DNA from: Candidatus Zhuqueibacterota bacterium | GTDB taxonomy: Bacteria > Zhuqueibacterota > Zhuqueibacteria > Thermofontimicrobiales > Thermofontimicrobiaceae | Assembly (NCBI GenBank): GCA_049322915.1 | Contig: JBMOPW010000034.1 | Coordinates: 1 to 64,000, forward strand | Reading direction: 5' to 3' | Length of the DNA stretch: 64,000 bases | Shown: positions 52,885 to 62,725 of the stretch, one piece after another | Layout of the letters: every line of letters begins with the position of its first letter | Position numbering within the stretch: the stretch's first letter is position 1 | Translations under genes and position numbers: made by a program | The notes under the pieces: generated by a model | The model's database searches: none | The model's input: the letters and a program-made list of their open reading frames with translations, nothing else | What the model was told of the DNA's origin: nothing

Positions 52885-54291
52885 ATGAAACAAAATAACG
52901 TGCTTCTGATAAATCCATGGATCTATGATTTTGCTGCCTATGATTTCTGGAATAAACCAGTCGGATTGTTATCAATAGGAAATACTCTCAGCCGAAATGG
53001 TTTTAGCACGCATCTCATTGATTGTCTCGATCGGCATCAGCTTCCCCCGCCGCTTCAGAATAACAAGAAATACGCTACTGGAAAATTTATCCGAACCCCG
53101 GCGCCGAAGCCTCATGCATTGAGCCACATCCCCCGACACTACTGCCGCTACGGCTTGCCCCTGAAACTCTTCCTGAAGCAATTGAATTCAATACCAACGC
53201 CGGACGTGGTCATGATCACTTCGGGCATGACGTACTGGTACGAAGGTGCGTTTTTCGCCATTCGTGTCATCCGTAAAAAATTCCCGGAAGCGCCGATTAT
53301 CCTGGGCGGAATCTACGCGACACTGTGCTACGAGCATGCTGATCGCCACGCCGGCGCGGATTATGTCATTAAAGGAAAAGGTGAGGAAGCCGCCTTGAAG
53401 CTCGCCTGCCTGTTGACTGGCCATCGCGGCGCAGAGACAGATACGTTAACTGCCATCCCGACTGCCAGTTATCACTATTACCCGGATCTGAAATCAATTC
53501 CAATTTTAACTTCAGTGGGATGTCCTTTCCGCTGCTCGTTTTGCGCGTCGCATTTGCTGTTTGATAAATTCATTCAACGCGACCCGGCAGAAGTGATCGG
53601 GGAGATTCACTCATATTATTCCAAACGCCACGTGCGCCACTTCGCCTTTTTCGATGACGCGCTGTTAATCAATCAGGAACGCCATCTGTCCGTTATTCTG
53701 GAGGGAATAAAGGCGCTCAAGGTCCGTGCCGCGTTCCATACGCCCAACGGAATTCATCCGCGGGAAATGACGCCGGAATTGGCCAGGCAGATGGCCGAGA
53801 CGAACTTCCAAACCATTCGGTTGAGTTTTGAAAGCATCAGCACGTCACGGCAAAAGGAGATGGGCTACAAAGTGACGAACGACGCTTTGGCCAATTCAGT
53901 GGATTACCTTGAAGCGGCCGGTTATGCGCGGAAGGATTTGGGAGTGTACGTGATTATGGGTTTGCCGGAGCAATCTGTGGATGAAGTTGTGGAGAGTATG
54001 CTTTTCGTGCATGGACTGGGCGCCAAAATCTATCTGTCGTCTTTCTCACCAATTCCCGGCACGCGCGATTGGGAAAAATCAGTGAATTTGTACAATCTGC
54101 CCAATAGCCTGGATCCGCTTTTAACCAACAATACCATTTATCCGTTGCATCGGAAAGATTTCACGTATGGCATGTTCGACACGCTGAGAAATTTTTCGAA
54201 AGTGCTCAATCACAGCCTGGATCAAAATATCAACCTGGTCACGTCAACTGAGATTTCGAGGGTTATGAGAAAATTATTTGCCGGGGATTAA
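52885..54291 (+). CDS. B12-binding-domain radical SAM protein
   Basis: LLINPWIYDFAAYD..KPVGLL, ILGGIYATL, GCPFRCSFC, FFDDALL. Confidence 0.9.
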   Translation: MKQNNVLLINPWIYDFAAYDFWNKPVGLLSIGNTLSRNGFSTHLIDCLDRHQLPPPLQNNKKYATGKFIRTPAPKPHALSHIPRHYCRYGLPLKLFLKQLNSIPTPDVVMITSGMTYWYEGAFFAIRVIRKKFPEAPIILGGIYATLCYEHADRHAGADYVIKGKGEEAALKLACLLTGHRGAETDTLTAIPTASYHYYPDLKSIPILTSVGCPFRCSFCASHLLFDKFIQRDPAEVIGEIHSYYSKRHVRHFAFFDDALLINQERHLSVILEGIKALKVRAAFHTPNGIHPREMTPELARQMAETNFQTIRLSFESISTSRQKEMGYKVTNDALANSVDYLEAAGYARKDLGVYVIMGLPEQSVDEVVESMLFVHGLGAKIYLSSFSPIPGTRDWEKSVNLYNLPNSLDPLLTNNTIYPLHRKDFTYGMFDTLRNFSKVLNHSLDQNINLVTSTEISRVMRKLFAGD

Positions 54292-54318
54292 CATCATTTT
54301 CAACGGGAGTAGTACCGA

Positions 54319-55023
54319 TTGAATGATAATTTCCTAAATCTGGAATCGACACTCATTCTTTTTGGTCTGACAATTTTCATTTTTGGCAGCATTGCCCTCG
54401 GTTATTTCATTTTCAATTTAATTTTCAGGTCACGCAAAAACAACGATGAGAATAAAAGCAAAGCGCCTTCGGCCTTTTGGCAAAGGGTTAAAGTCATCGC
54501 GATTCTTTTCATGATTTTATCGGGACTGATATTTTGCGCATTGGGCGTGTTCATCCATTCCCTGATTCCGGTGACTGACAAAATACTTGTTGCTGAAGTA
54601 TATTGTACAGATGTTAATACAAACGATAACACAATCGATCTTTTTTTTGTTCAGAAATTTGGTGATAGCGGCAATACATCGAGGAGTTATTTCATCATCG
54701 GAGAGCAATGGCTGGTGCAAGGCGAGTTGATTCACTGGAATCATTTGGCCGGCTCCATTGGCCTGAAGACGAATTGTCGCCTGGTGAGGATTGGTGGCCA
54801 TTTTGTTAATCAGGACATTGGAGACGGGATTATCCCATCCAGATATTCACTGCTTTCGTTGGAGAAAAATTCGGTCTGGCAGTGGCTGTACCGGCTTGGG
54901 TCCCACTTGCCGCTGATCGACCGAATTGACCAGACATTCGCCTATGGCATTCCTATGCCAAACACGAAATATCTCATTTATGCCACTCCGACGGAGATTT
55001 CCACTGAAATTGAAATTCCATAG
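54319..55023 (+). CDS. Hypothetical membrane protein (two TM helices plus soluble domain)
   Basis: GGGAG RBS with TTG start; two hydrophobic stretches. Confidence 0.65.
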   Translation: MNDNFLNLESTLILFGLTIFIFGSIALGYFIFNLIFRSRKNNDENKSKAPSAFWQRVKVIAILFMILSGLIFCALGVFIHSLIPVTDKILVAEVYCTDVNTNDNTIDLFFVQKFGDSGNTSRSYFIIGEQWLVQGELIHWNHLAGSIGLKTNCRLVRIGGHFVNQDIGDGIIPSRYSLLSLEKNSVWQWLYRLGSHLPLIDRIDQTFAYGIPMPNTKYLIYATPTEISTEIEIP

Positions 55024-55072
55024 AAATTGTCTGAATCAAAGTCATCGATTATTTTCGAAAAGGAGAAGTGTC

Positions 55073-55525
55073 ATGTATCAGAGAGTTTTTGCAGTTGCGA
55101 TGTGTTTACTTCTGACTGCCTGCAGCGGTCCGACTGAAGATTCGAAAAAAGTAATTAATAGTCCGCGCGCTCCCAAAGCTATCGGCCCATACAGCCAGGC
55201 GATTCAGGTCGGCAACACACTGTACTGCTCCGGTCAAATTGCCATGAATCCTGAAACCGGGGAACTTGTGCAGGATTCGATTGAAGCTGAGACCAAACAG
55301 GTGTTGGATAATCTTGGGGCTGTGTTACAGGAAGCGGGAATGGATTATTCCGATGTGGTCAGCGCAACTGTCTTCATGTCCAACATGGAATTTTACAAAC
55401 AAATCAATGATGTGTACGCCCGCTATTTCACGGAGAAACCACCGGCCAGAGCGGCGGTTCAGGTTGCCAATTTACCGAAATACGTGAATGTGGAAATTGC
55501 ATGCATCGCCGTCAAGTCCAGATAA
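55073..55525 (+). CDS. RidA/YjgF family protein with lipoprotein signal peptide
   Basis: AAGGAG RBS; lipobox LLTA-C; APKAIGPYSQA, SGQI, PPARAAV, VEI. Confidence 0.9.
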   Translation: MYQRVFAVAMCLLLTACSGPTEDSKKVINSPRAPKAIGPYSQAIQVGNTLYCSGQIAMNPETGELVQDSIEAETKQVLDNLGAVLQEAGMDYSDVVSATVFMSNMEFYKQINDVYARYFTEKPPARAAVQVANLPKYVNVEIACIAVKSR

Positions 55526-55655
55526 GGCGGAGGTTGGCCACAATTTTCAGAGTGAACGCGAAGGGAATTTCCGGCGTTTTGCGCGGTCAGTGCGAGGCGA
55601 TCTGAATTCCCCGGGCACCGTCCAGGAAAAAAATTGAGGCAGCGCCAATAGATTG

Positions 55656-55684
55656 TTGACATTTTGCAATATTTTTCCTATCTT
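55656..55684 (+). promoter_or_regulatory. sigma70-type promoter
   Basis: TTGACA-N17-TATCTT. Confidence 0.7.
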
Positions 55685-55718
55685 ATCGCGCACTGTAATT
55701 TGGAGAAGGGGAAAAAGA

Positions 55719-57020
55719 ATGAGTAAAAGTTTCAGAAAAAATTTGGGTATCTTTCTATTCACTGTTATTACTTTTTTTGTTTTAGATGAAGTAAAACCAC
55801 CGGCCGTTGTTGTGACCGATTCGGCTCAGGAAGCCACCGGCGTTGAAATGGGTCTGGAAAAGAGAATTTGCGACAGCATCAAAAACGGGGAGACGCTATC
55901 TTCGATTCTCACAAAACACCAGATTTGCAGTGCGACCATGCTCGATATCATCGACTCCTTCAAAAGTCTGTATTCGGTCACACGATTAAGGACAGGGGAT
56001 CGATATGAAATTGTGAAGGATAGCTCCAATACGTTCAAATCGTTTTCCTACAAACCCAGTTTGCAGGAAGAATATCGCGTGTCAGTGAATGATTTCGGCC
56101 AGTTCGACGCCGCGGTTGAAAAGATCGAACTGGAAAAGAAGGAGAAGTATCTCACCGGCACGATTCAAACGAGCCTCTATAATGCCATACTCGACAAAGG
56201 CGAAAATCCGGAATTGCTGTTTCTATTCACAGATATTTTCCAATGGGATATCGACTTTTTCATCGATCCCAGAGTGGGCGATGAGTTCAAAATTATCTAT
56301 GAAAAATACTATCTTCCCCAAACAGGTCAGTTTGTGAAATACGGCAGAATCATCGCCGGGCAATATATTTTTTCGAACAAGGAAGAACTGACCGCTCTCT
56401 ATTTCGAGAATCATCCCGCTTCTGCCGGGTATTATGATTTGAATGGCAATTCATTTCAAAAAACATTCCTCAAGTCGCCATTGAACTACCGCAGAATCAG
56501 CTCTTTTTTCAGCCATTCGCGCCACCATCCTATTCTGAAAATCAGCCGGCCGCATTACGGTGTCGATTACGCCGCCCCGGCTGGCACTCCTGTTTCCGCT
56601 GCTGCTGATGGCGTCGTCATCGGAAAGGGATATGATCGCAGCATTGGCAACTTCGTAAAAATCCGCCATAAGAACGCCCGCTTCATCACGCTCTACGGCC
56701 ATTTGAGCCGATTCCAGGAGGGCATTTACGAAGGCATTCGGGTGAATCAGAAAGACATCATCGGCTATGTCGGTAAGACGGGGCTGGCTACCGGGCCGCA
56801 CCTGCATTACGCGTTCTATGATAATGGTCGTCCCATTGATCCCTTGAAAATTAAGAATACGTCCGGCGACCCTGTTCTCGAAGTCAACACCGAGAATTTT
56901 GCCCTGGAAAAAAATGAGGTCATGGAGAAATTGCAGTATCTGGACAATTCTCGGCTTCCGCTCATCTGGTTGACGTCAAATCAGGTGCATTACAATCGCT
57001 ATTCCATTCCCGCCCGATAG
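55719..57020 (+). CDS. M23 peptidoglycan DD-endopeptidase (MepM-like)
   Basis: N-terminal TM; WDIDF; HYGVDYAA; YGHL; TGPHLHY. Confidence 0.92.
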   Translation: MSKSFRKNLGIFLFTVITFFVLDEVKPPAVVVTDSAQEATGVEMGLEKRICDSIKNGETLSSILTKHQICSATMLDIIDSFKSLYSVTRLRTGDRYEIVKDSSNTFKSFSYKPSLQEEYRVSVNDFGQFDAAVEKIELEKKEKYLTGTIQTSLYNAILDKGENPELLFLFTDIFQWDIDFFIDPRVGDEFKIIYEKYYLPQTGQFVKYGRIIAGQYIFSNKEELTALYFENHPASAGYYDLNGNSFQKTFLKSPLNYRRISSFFSHSRHHPILKISRPHYGVDYAAPAGTPVSAAADGVVIGKGYDRSIGNFVKIRHKNARFITLYGHLSRFQEGIYEGIRVNQKDIIGYVGKTGLATGPHLHYAFYDNGRPIDPLKIKNTSGDPVLEVNTENFALEKNEVMEKLQYLDNSRLPLIWLTSNQVHYNRYSIPAR

Positions 57021-57082
57021 CCAGAGCATAATCCCTGGCTGCCCGGTTTTCCATATCATGTATTTCCCACATTCATGAATTC

Positions 57083-57122
57083 AGCGGATGTGATTCAACA
57101 CATCCGCTTCATGTCCTTTTTT
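57083..57122 (+). terminator. Intrinsic terminator-like hairpin
   Basis: agcggatgtg-attcaa-cacatccgct followed by a T run. Confidence 0.65.
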
Positions 57123-57193
57123 CACTGCCGATAATTGCAGCCACTTTGCTCTTTCAGGAGACTGAATTCTCCCTGATTTCATGAAATTTTCGC

Positions 57194-57222
57194 TTGACTT
57201 TCAATCCTAAAAATCTTAACTT
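57194..57222 (+). promoter_or_regulatory. Putative sigma70 promoter for pruA
   Basis: TTGACT-N17-TAACTT. Confidence 0.5.
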
Positions 57223-57338
57223 GTTTCCAACAAATCTAAAATAATATTAGGCTCAAAGAAATTAAAGGGGAATAATATTATAACAACTGCCTAATACAGT
57301 GAAATTCTTGTTTACCAAAAAATTTGAGGAGATCGTGT

Positions 57339-58970
57339 ATGCCGAATGGAATTTTTAAAGTACCTACTCCAAAAAATGAGCCTGTCCTGGCTTACGGACC
57401 TGGCAGTACCGAGAAGAAGAAGTTGAAAGCGAAAATCGCTGAACTGAAAGCACAGCAGATTGAAATTCCTGTGTTGATTGGCGGAAAGGAAATTAAAACA
57501 GGACAAATGGGCGAGTGCCGTCCGCCTCATGAGCATAAGCATTTGCTGGGCACCTACCACAAGGCCGGCGAGAAAGAAGTGGAAATGGCAATTCAGGCGG
57601 CTTTGGCAGCTCGGTCTTCATGGGCCGCAATGAGCTGGGAAGCGCGTGCTTCCATCTTTCTCAAGGCTGCTGAGTTGCTGGCCGGCCCCTATCGCGACAC
57701 TCTGAATGCCGCCACTATGTTGTGCCAGTCAAAAACTGTGTTTCAGGCGGAGATCGATGCGGCCTGCGAATTGATTGATTTTTACCGGTTCAATCCGTAT
57801 TATATGCAGAAAATTTACGAACAACAGCCAGACTCCTCCGCCGGTTGCTGGAACTATCTCGAACAGCGGCCAATGGAAGGATTCATCTTTGCCGTGACGC
57901 CGTTCAATTTCACTTCCATCGCCGGCAATCTGCCAACCGCTCCGGCCATGATGGGCAATGTGGTGCTATGGAAACCGGCGTCATCCGTTGTTTACACGGC
58001 TTATTTTATTATGAAATTATTGAAAGAGGCAGGATTGCCGGATGGCGTCATCAATATGGTTCCCGGAAATGGCGGCGCGGTCGGCAATCCGGTGATGGCG
58101 AGTCCCTATCTGGCTGGAATTCATTTCACAGGGTCGACACCTGTGTTTCAGAATATGTGGAAGACCATTGGCAATAACATCCAGAATTATAAAACTTACC
58201 CGCGAATTGTGGGTGAGACTGGTGGTAAGGATTTTGTTTTCGTTCATCATACAGCAAATTTGGATGCGGTGGCAACGGCGATTGTCCGCGGCGCCTTTGA
58301 GAACCAGGGCCAGAAATGCTCCGCTGCATCCCGGGCGTATATTCCGAAGAGCATCTGGCCTGCGTTGAAAGTGAAGCTCATTGCGGCAGTGAAGAATATT
58401 CGAATGGGCAGCCCTGAGGATTTTTCCAATTTCATGGGAGCTGTGATCGATAAGGCGGCGTTCGATTCCATTGTTGAATATATCAAGTATGCGAAGAATT
58501 CAAAAGAAGCTGAATTTATCACCGGCGGAAATTATGATGACTCGATTGGATATTTCATTGAACCGACGATTGTGCTCACCAGCAATCCACATTTCAAATT
58601 GATGGAAGAAGAAATATTCGGCCCGGTCATGACTATTTATGTTTACCCGGATGAGGAATTCGAAGGGACACTCAGGCTGTGCGACACAACCTCGCCGTAT
58701 GCGCTGACCGGTTGCATATTCAGCAATGACCGTTACGCGATAAATAAAGCGTTCGAGCTTTTGACCAACGCAGCTGGCAATTTCTATATCAATGACAAAC
58801 CAACCGGCGCAGTTGTCGGGCAGCAGCCGTTTGGAGGCGGCCGAGCTTCGGGAACGAACGATAAAGCGGGCAGCATCATTAATTTGCAACGCTGGGTGAC
58901 GCCCAGAACGATCAAAGAGACTTTCGTGCCACCCCTCGATTTTCCATATCCGCACATGGCTGAGAAGTAG
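57339..58970 (+). CDS. pruA: L-glutamate gamma-semialdehyde (P5C) dehydrogenase
   Basis: GAGGAG RBS; PFNFT, FTGST, GETGGKDF, GQKCSA, EEIFGP, SGTNDKAG. Confidence 0.95.
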   Translation: MPNGIFKVPTPKNEPVLAYGPGSTEKKKLKAKIAELKAQQIEIPVLIGGKEIKTGQMGECRPPHEHKHLLGTYHKAGEKEVEMAIQAALAARSSWAAMSWEARASIFLKAAELLAGPYRDTLNAATMLCQSKTVFQAEIDAACELIDFYRFNPYYMQKIYEQQPDSSAGCWNYLEQRPMEGFIFAVTPFNFTSIAGNLPTAPAMMGNVVLWKPASSVVYTAYFIMKLLKEAGLPDGVINMVPGNGGAVGNPVMASPYLAGIHFTGSTPVFQNMWKTIGNNIQNYKTYPRIVGETGGKDFVFVHHTANLDAVATAIVRGAFENQGQKCSAASRAYIPKSIWPALKVKLIAAVKNIRMGSPEDFSNFMGAVIDKAAFDSIVEYIKYAKNSKEAEFITGGNYDDSIGYFIEPTIVLTSNPHFKLMEEEIFGPVMTIYVYPDEEFEGTLRLCDTTSPYALTGCIFSNDRYAINKAFELLTNAAGNFYINDKPTGAVVGQQPFGGGRASGTNDKAGSIINLQRWVTPRTIKETFVPPLDFPYPHMAEK

Positions 58971-59076
58971 CAATTTGAATGGATAGGTAAAAAGCTGGGT
59001 GGGCTGATGCCCAAATTATTAATGCGTTCACAAGTTACTCCGCCGTAAATGGCGGAGCGATTCATAAAATTTTATG

Positions 59077-59121
59077 AAAAAAAAAGTGCAGTTGGAGTCT
59101 ATCATCAACTGCGCTTTTTTT
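59077..59121. terminator. Bidirectional intrinsic terminator
   Basis: A-run gtgcagttg..caactgcgc T-run between convergent genes. Confidence 0.85.
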
Positions 59122-59135
59122 GTTGGACAAAACAA

Positions 59136-60155
59136 TTAAAGCTTGATTTCAATTTCTGTCGTCGGCAGGCTCATTTTCATCAGAGTCACGCCGGCTTCGT
59201 CGAATAGCTGCACCACCATATTGAAATTATCCGGATAATCACCGCAGGTCACCACTTTTCGAATACCGGAATTCACAATCATTTTCGCGCAGATAATACA
59301 TGGACTATGGGTGCAATAGAGCGTGCCGCCCTTGATCGTCACGCCGTGAACGCCGGCCTGAATGATGGCGTTCTGTTCCGCATGAATCGCCCGGCATATT
59401 TCATGGCGCTCGCCGGAGGGAATGTTCAGTTTGTTTCGAAGGCACCCCAGCTTCAGGCAATCGTTGGTTTTTCTGGCAGCGCCATTATAGCCTGTTGTGA
59501 CGACGTGACGATTTTTCACGATGATGGCGCCTACATGGTGTCGCAGGCAGGTGGAGCGCTCAGCCACGAGAAAAGCCATTTTCATGAAATAGTCATCCCA
59601 CGAGATGCGGATCCGTTTCTCCAACTGAGTTGAAATATGGTCAACTTTCCTGTGAAGCTCCGCCACACTGCCGTCATTTACAATCCGGAATTCCGCCAGA
59701 TCCATACATGCGGCGATGTTTTGAAAGTTTGCATCGCTGCTTTTTTCCTGATTTTCAAGCGCAATGAAGGACTCCAGGCTCGCGCTACTTTCAATACGTC
59801 CTCGTTGCTGAGCCCGTTCGAACCGCAACGCAACCGGAGCGTCCACAGCTATCAGAAAGAAATTGTCCAACCGGCGCAATGCCCGGACTTCGGACGGATT
59901 GCGAATGCTATCGATGATAGCCCTGGGCGATTTGAGTTTCCCGATGATTCGCTCAGCCAGAATCGCCGGACCAAAAGCGCTGCGCAGCTCGTTTCCTTTT
60001 CGAATCAGGAGTTCACGGCTCAACGGTAGATTATTCGCTGCCAGTTCATCGCGAATGATATCCGACAATGAGAATGGCTCAAATCGTTTGGATGCCAGAT
60101 AGGTCACAATGGACGATTTCCCTGAAGCATTCGTTCCTGTCAATCCGATTAACAT
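59136..60155 (-). CDS. P-loop NMP-kinase-like domain fused to dCMP deaminase
   Basis: GLTGTNASGKS, DSIRNP.E; SWDDYFM, RSTC, TGYNG, HAEQNA, PCIIC. Confidence 0.92.
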   Translation of the reverse strand: MLIGLTGTNASGKSSIVTYLASKRFEPFSLSDIIRDELAANNLPLSRELLIRKGNELRSAFGPAILAERIIGKLKSPRAIIDSIRNPSEVRALRRLDNFFLIAVDAPVALRFERAQQRGRIESSASLESFIALENQEKSSDANFQNIAACMDLAEFRIVNDGSVAELHRKVDHISTQLEKRIRISWDDYFMKMAFLVAERSTCLRHHVGAIIVKNRHVVTTGYNGAARKTNDCLKLGCLRNKLNIPSGERHEICRAIHAEQNAIIQAGVHGVTIKGGTLYCTHSPCIICAKMIVNSGIRKVVTCGDYPDNFNMVVQLFDEAGVTLMKMSLPTTEIEIKL

Positions 60156-60507
60156 AGGTCACTCCGGATTTTCAAATTAGGCCTGTAAATGAATTTAACC
60201 TCATCAGATCAAGTGAATTTTTTCATCGAAATGATATTTCAAAAAGATCGCATTCACAAAATGGACTGAAATGGCGCGATGCAGGACGGCATTGCATCCC
60301 ATTCATATGCGGCAGGGGAGTGGTGATGAAAGATTTACTCCCGCCCGATCATAAAAAGTATAGACATCCGATACCTGCCCGCGAAAGAAAATGCCTGCGC
60401 CGGCTGTTCGATATCCAACTTATCGGAACATTATCGGGTATCGTTGGGTAACTTTGTCATCACTCGCGCAGCGCACGTTGGTTCCTTTTTTTAAAAACAG
60501 CGCTGGA

Positions 60508-61980
60508 TTACCCCCCAATTTTCTTCACACACTTGTAAGCAGCGCCCAACGCCCCGGGCACGCCGCCAATCTGGTTCGCCCAGCACGAGCCAATCAACAG
60601 ATTTTTAATCGGCGTTTCAACAAAGCTTCCATTAAAATTTTTATAGAATTTATTTTTGGGATTCCAACTCCACGCCGATGTTGCGCCATCTGTATTTTGC
60701 GTGTATCGCTCGTAGGTGAGTGGCGTGGCGGCATCTTCGAACTCGATCATATCCATGAGTTCAGGGATCACCCTCGTTGCTGTTTTCATCACGGCGCGTT
60801 TTGCCTCATCCTTCAGGCGGCGATATTCCTGACGATCACCGCCGCCCCAATTGTTCATCCAGTGATACGGCGTCACAACTTGCAGCATCAGCGATGATTT
60901 GCCGGCCGGAGAAAGTTCGGGATTCATCAGCGTCGGCGAATAGAGAACAATGGACGCCTTTTTAAAATAGCCCGCATCGTCGGAATTGTGAATATCGAAT
61001 CCCGGTGCATCGACAAAATACAGGACGTGCGGCGCCTTCAAATAGGTGTTCAGTCGTTCCTGCGAGAGCTTCAGCCCGAGATACACGGTGAAAATACCTT
61101 CGGAGACTGCACTGGTCTTGATTTTATCCAGCAATGCAAAGGGAAGGGAAGACTGAGAATCCAGCAGCTTCAAGAACGTCTTTTTGTAATCGCTGGCGGA
61201 AATGATGTAGTCCGCTTCATAGCTTTTATCCTTACAGGCAACGCCAATCGCTTGCCCATCCTTTGTCAGTATTTTCTCCACAGGTGTATTCAGCAGCAGT
61301 TCTCCGCCTGATTGTTTGAATTGGGCTGCCATGACATCCGCCCAGGACTGCATGCCGTTTTTTACTGTCCAGTAATCGTCAAACAGCGTGACAATCGCGC
61401 CGCCCAGAATCCATGTCGCCATATCCGGATAGCCGATATTTCTGAAAAAGCGATTCAACAGGCTATCACGTGGAAAATATGTATCCGTAAAATCACCAAC
61501 AGGTATTTTTCCGTATTTGCGATACATCAGCATAAGTCTGATGCCGGCGGAGAGCATCGAGAAAGGTGATGGTTTTGCGGCCATGAGTGGTTTGAAGGCG
61601 CGCACCATTTTATCCACCTCGGAAAAATAGCTGTCCAGCCGATTTTTTTCATTGGGATAGGCGGCAGCAATGAGGTTTTTAAAATCATCATACGTTTCAG
61701 GCGCTCCACTGAAATCGGCGGAGACCCAGCGGGTCTTCTGCCGGACGAATTCGATTTTATCCCGCACCCCAATCTCTTTCATGGCTTTGAAAATCGAACT
61801 CGATGATTCGAACGACAATGTGCCGCTCTCGAAATAATGCCCTTTGCGCCAAAAGCCAGCCGTGTATCCGCCCGGAGCGGAGTGCGCTTCGAATATGGTG
61901 ACGCGATGCCCTTTCTTCGCTAACAAGTTGCCGGCCAGGAGACCACCCATTCCAGACCCGATGATAATGACCTTTTTCAT
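60508..61980 (-). CDS. Phytoene desaturase-family FAD/NAD(P) oxidoreductase
   Basis: IIGSGMGGL, PGGY..F.RKG..FESG, ATPLTYERYT, TPIKNL..G.W..GG. Confidence 0.88.
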   Translation of the reverse strand: MKKVIIIGSGMGGLLAGNLLAKKGHRVTIFEAHSAPGGYTAGFWRKGHYFESGTLSFESSSSIFKAMKEIGVRDKIEFVRQKTRWVSADFSGAPETYDDFKNLIAAAYPNEKNRLDSYFSEVDKMVRAFKPLMAAKPSPFSMLSAGIRLMLMYRKYGKIPVGDFTDTYFPRDSLLNRFFRNIGYPDMATWILGGAIVTLFDDYWTVKNGMQSWADVMAAQFKQSGGELLLNTPVEKILTKDGQAIGVACKDKSYEADYIISASDYKKTFLKLLDSQSSLPFALLDKIKTSAVSEGIFTVYLGLKLSQERLNTYLKAPHVLYFVDAPGFDIHNSDDAGYFKKASIVLYSPTLMNPELSPAGKSSLMLQVVTPYHWMNNWGGGDRQEYRRLKDEAKRAVMKTATRVIPELMDMIEFEDAATPLTYERYTQNTDGATSAWSWNPKNKFYKNFNGSFVETPIKNLLIGSCWANQIGGVPGALGAAYKCVKKIGG

Positions 61981-62068
61981 TCAAAATCCTTTCATCCGTT
62001 AATCTCATGTAGAAATGAATTACTGCATTCAATCGCCTGACTTGAAATTTTTCAATATATTCATCCGG

Positions 62069-62725
62069 CTATTTTATGCCCTGCAACTTCAAACCAATTG
62101 GATTTGCAGATACTGCACAGCGCTCCAGTCCGGTGCCTCGGATCAGCTCTTTCAATTCATCTGGAGTGTAAGCGGCATGGATCGAAGTGAGCAGGCCGGG
62201 ACGGACTTCCTTCGGTCTGGAAAATAACCATAAAAACCACCTGACTGGAAAAGACATATCCCGGCGCAGATCAGAAATGAAAATCCTCCCGCCCGGCTTC
62301 ACCACGCGCGCAATCTCGTCGAAGGTTTTTGCTGGTTCTGACCATTCGTGCAACGAACCATTGGTGAACACTGCATCAAAAGTATCATTTTCAAAAGGAA
62401 TCTTTTCTCCGCTGCTCAACACATACTGCACGCGGTCGGACAGCCCATACTCAGCGGCGTTCTTCTCCGCAAGTTTAATCATGTCAGGGCTGATGTCCAA
62501 TCCTTTCAGCGCAGTGCCGCTGGATACTTTCAGCCATTCAAGACCCAGATAGCCAGGACCCGGGCCAATTTCCAATGCCAACCCTGAAGTGATTCCGCTT
62601 TTGATTATTTCCCTGGTCTCGATCCAGCCTTTGTCCCGAAGATTGCGCTGCATCTGGTCATAGATGGCGACATTGAATTCACCCTGAATTCCCTGGTCGG
62701 TTTCAATATTTCTTTGCCGTGGCAT
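62069..62725 (-). CDS. Class I SAM-dependent methyltransferase (UbiE-like)
   Basis: GGAGG RBS before MPRQ; LEIGPGPG, GLDIS, IPFENDTFD, RVVKPGG. Confidence 0.9.
   Translation of the reverse strand: MPRQRNIETDQGIQGEFNVAIYDQMQRNLRDKGWIETREIIKSGITSGLALEIGPGPGYLGLEWLKVSSGTALKGLDISPDMIKLAEKNAAEYGLSDRVQYVLSSGEKIPFENDTFDAVFTNGSLHEWSEPAKTFDEIARVVKPGGRIFISDLRRDMSFPVRWFLWLFSRPKEVRPGLLTSIHAAYTPDELKELIRGTGLERCAVSANPIGLKLQGIK

Noticed and set aside
52671..55525. tRNA-Pro as an island integration site
   Set aside because: No integrase and no duplicated tRNA 3' end noticed in the window.
60508..61980. Carotenoid pathway (crtI)
   Set aside because: No crtB/crtY nearby; the family is functionally broad.
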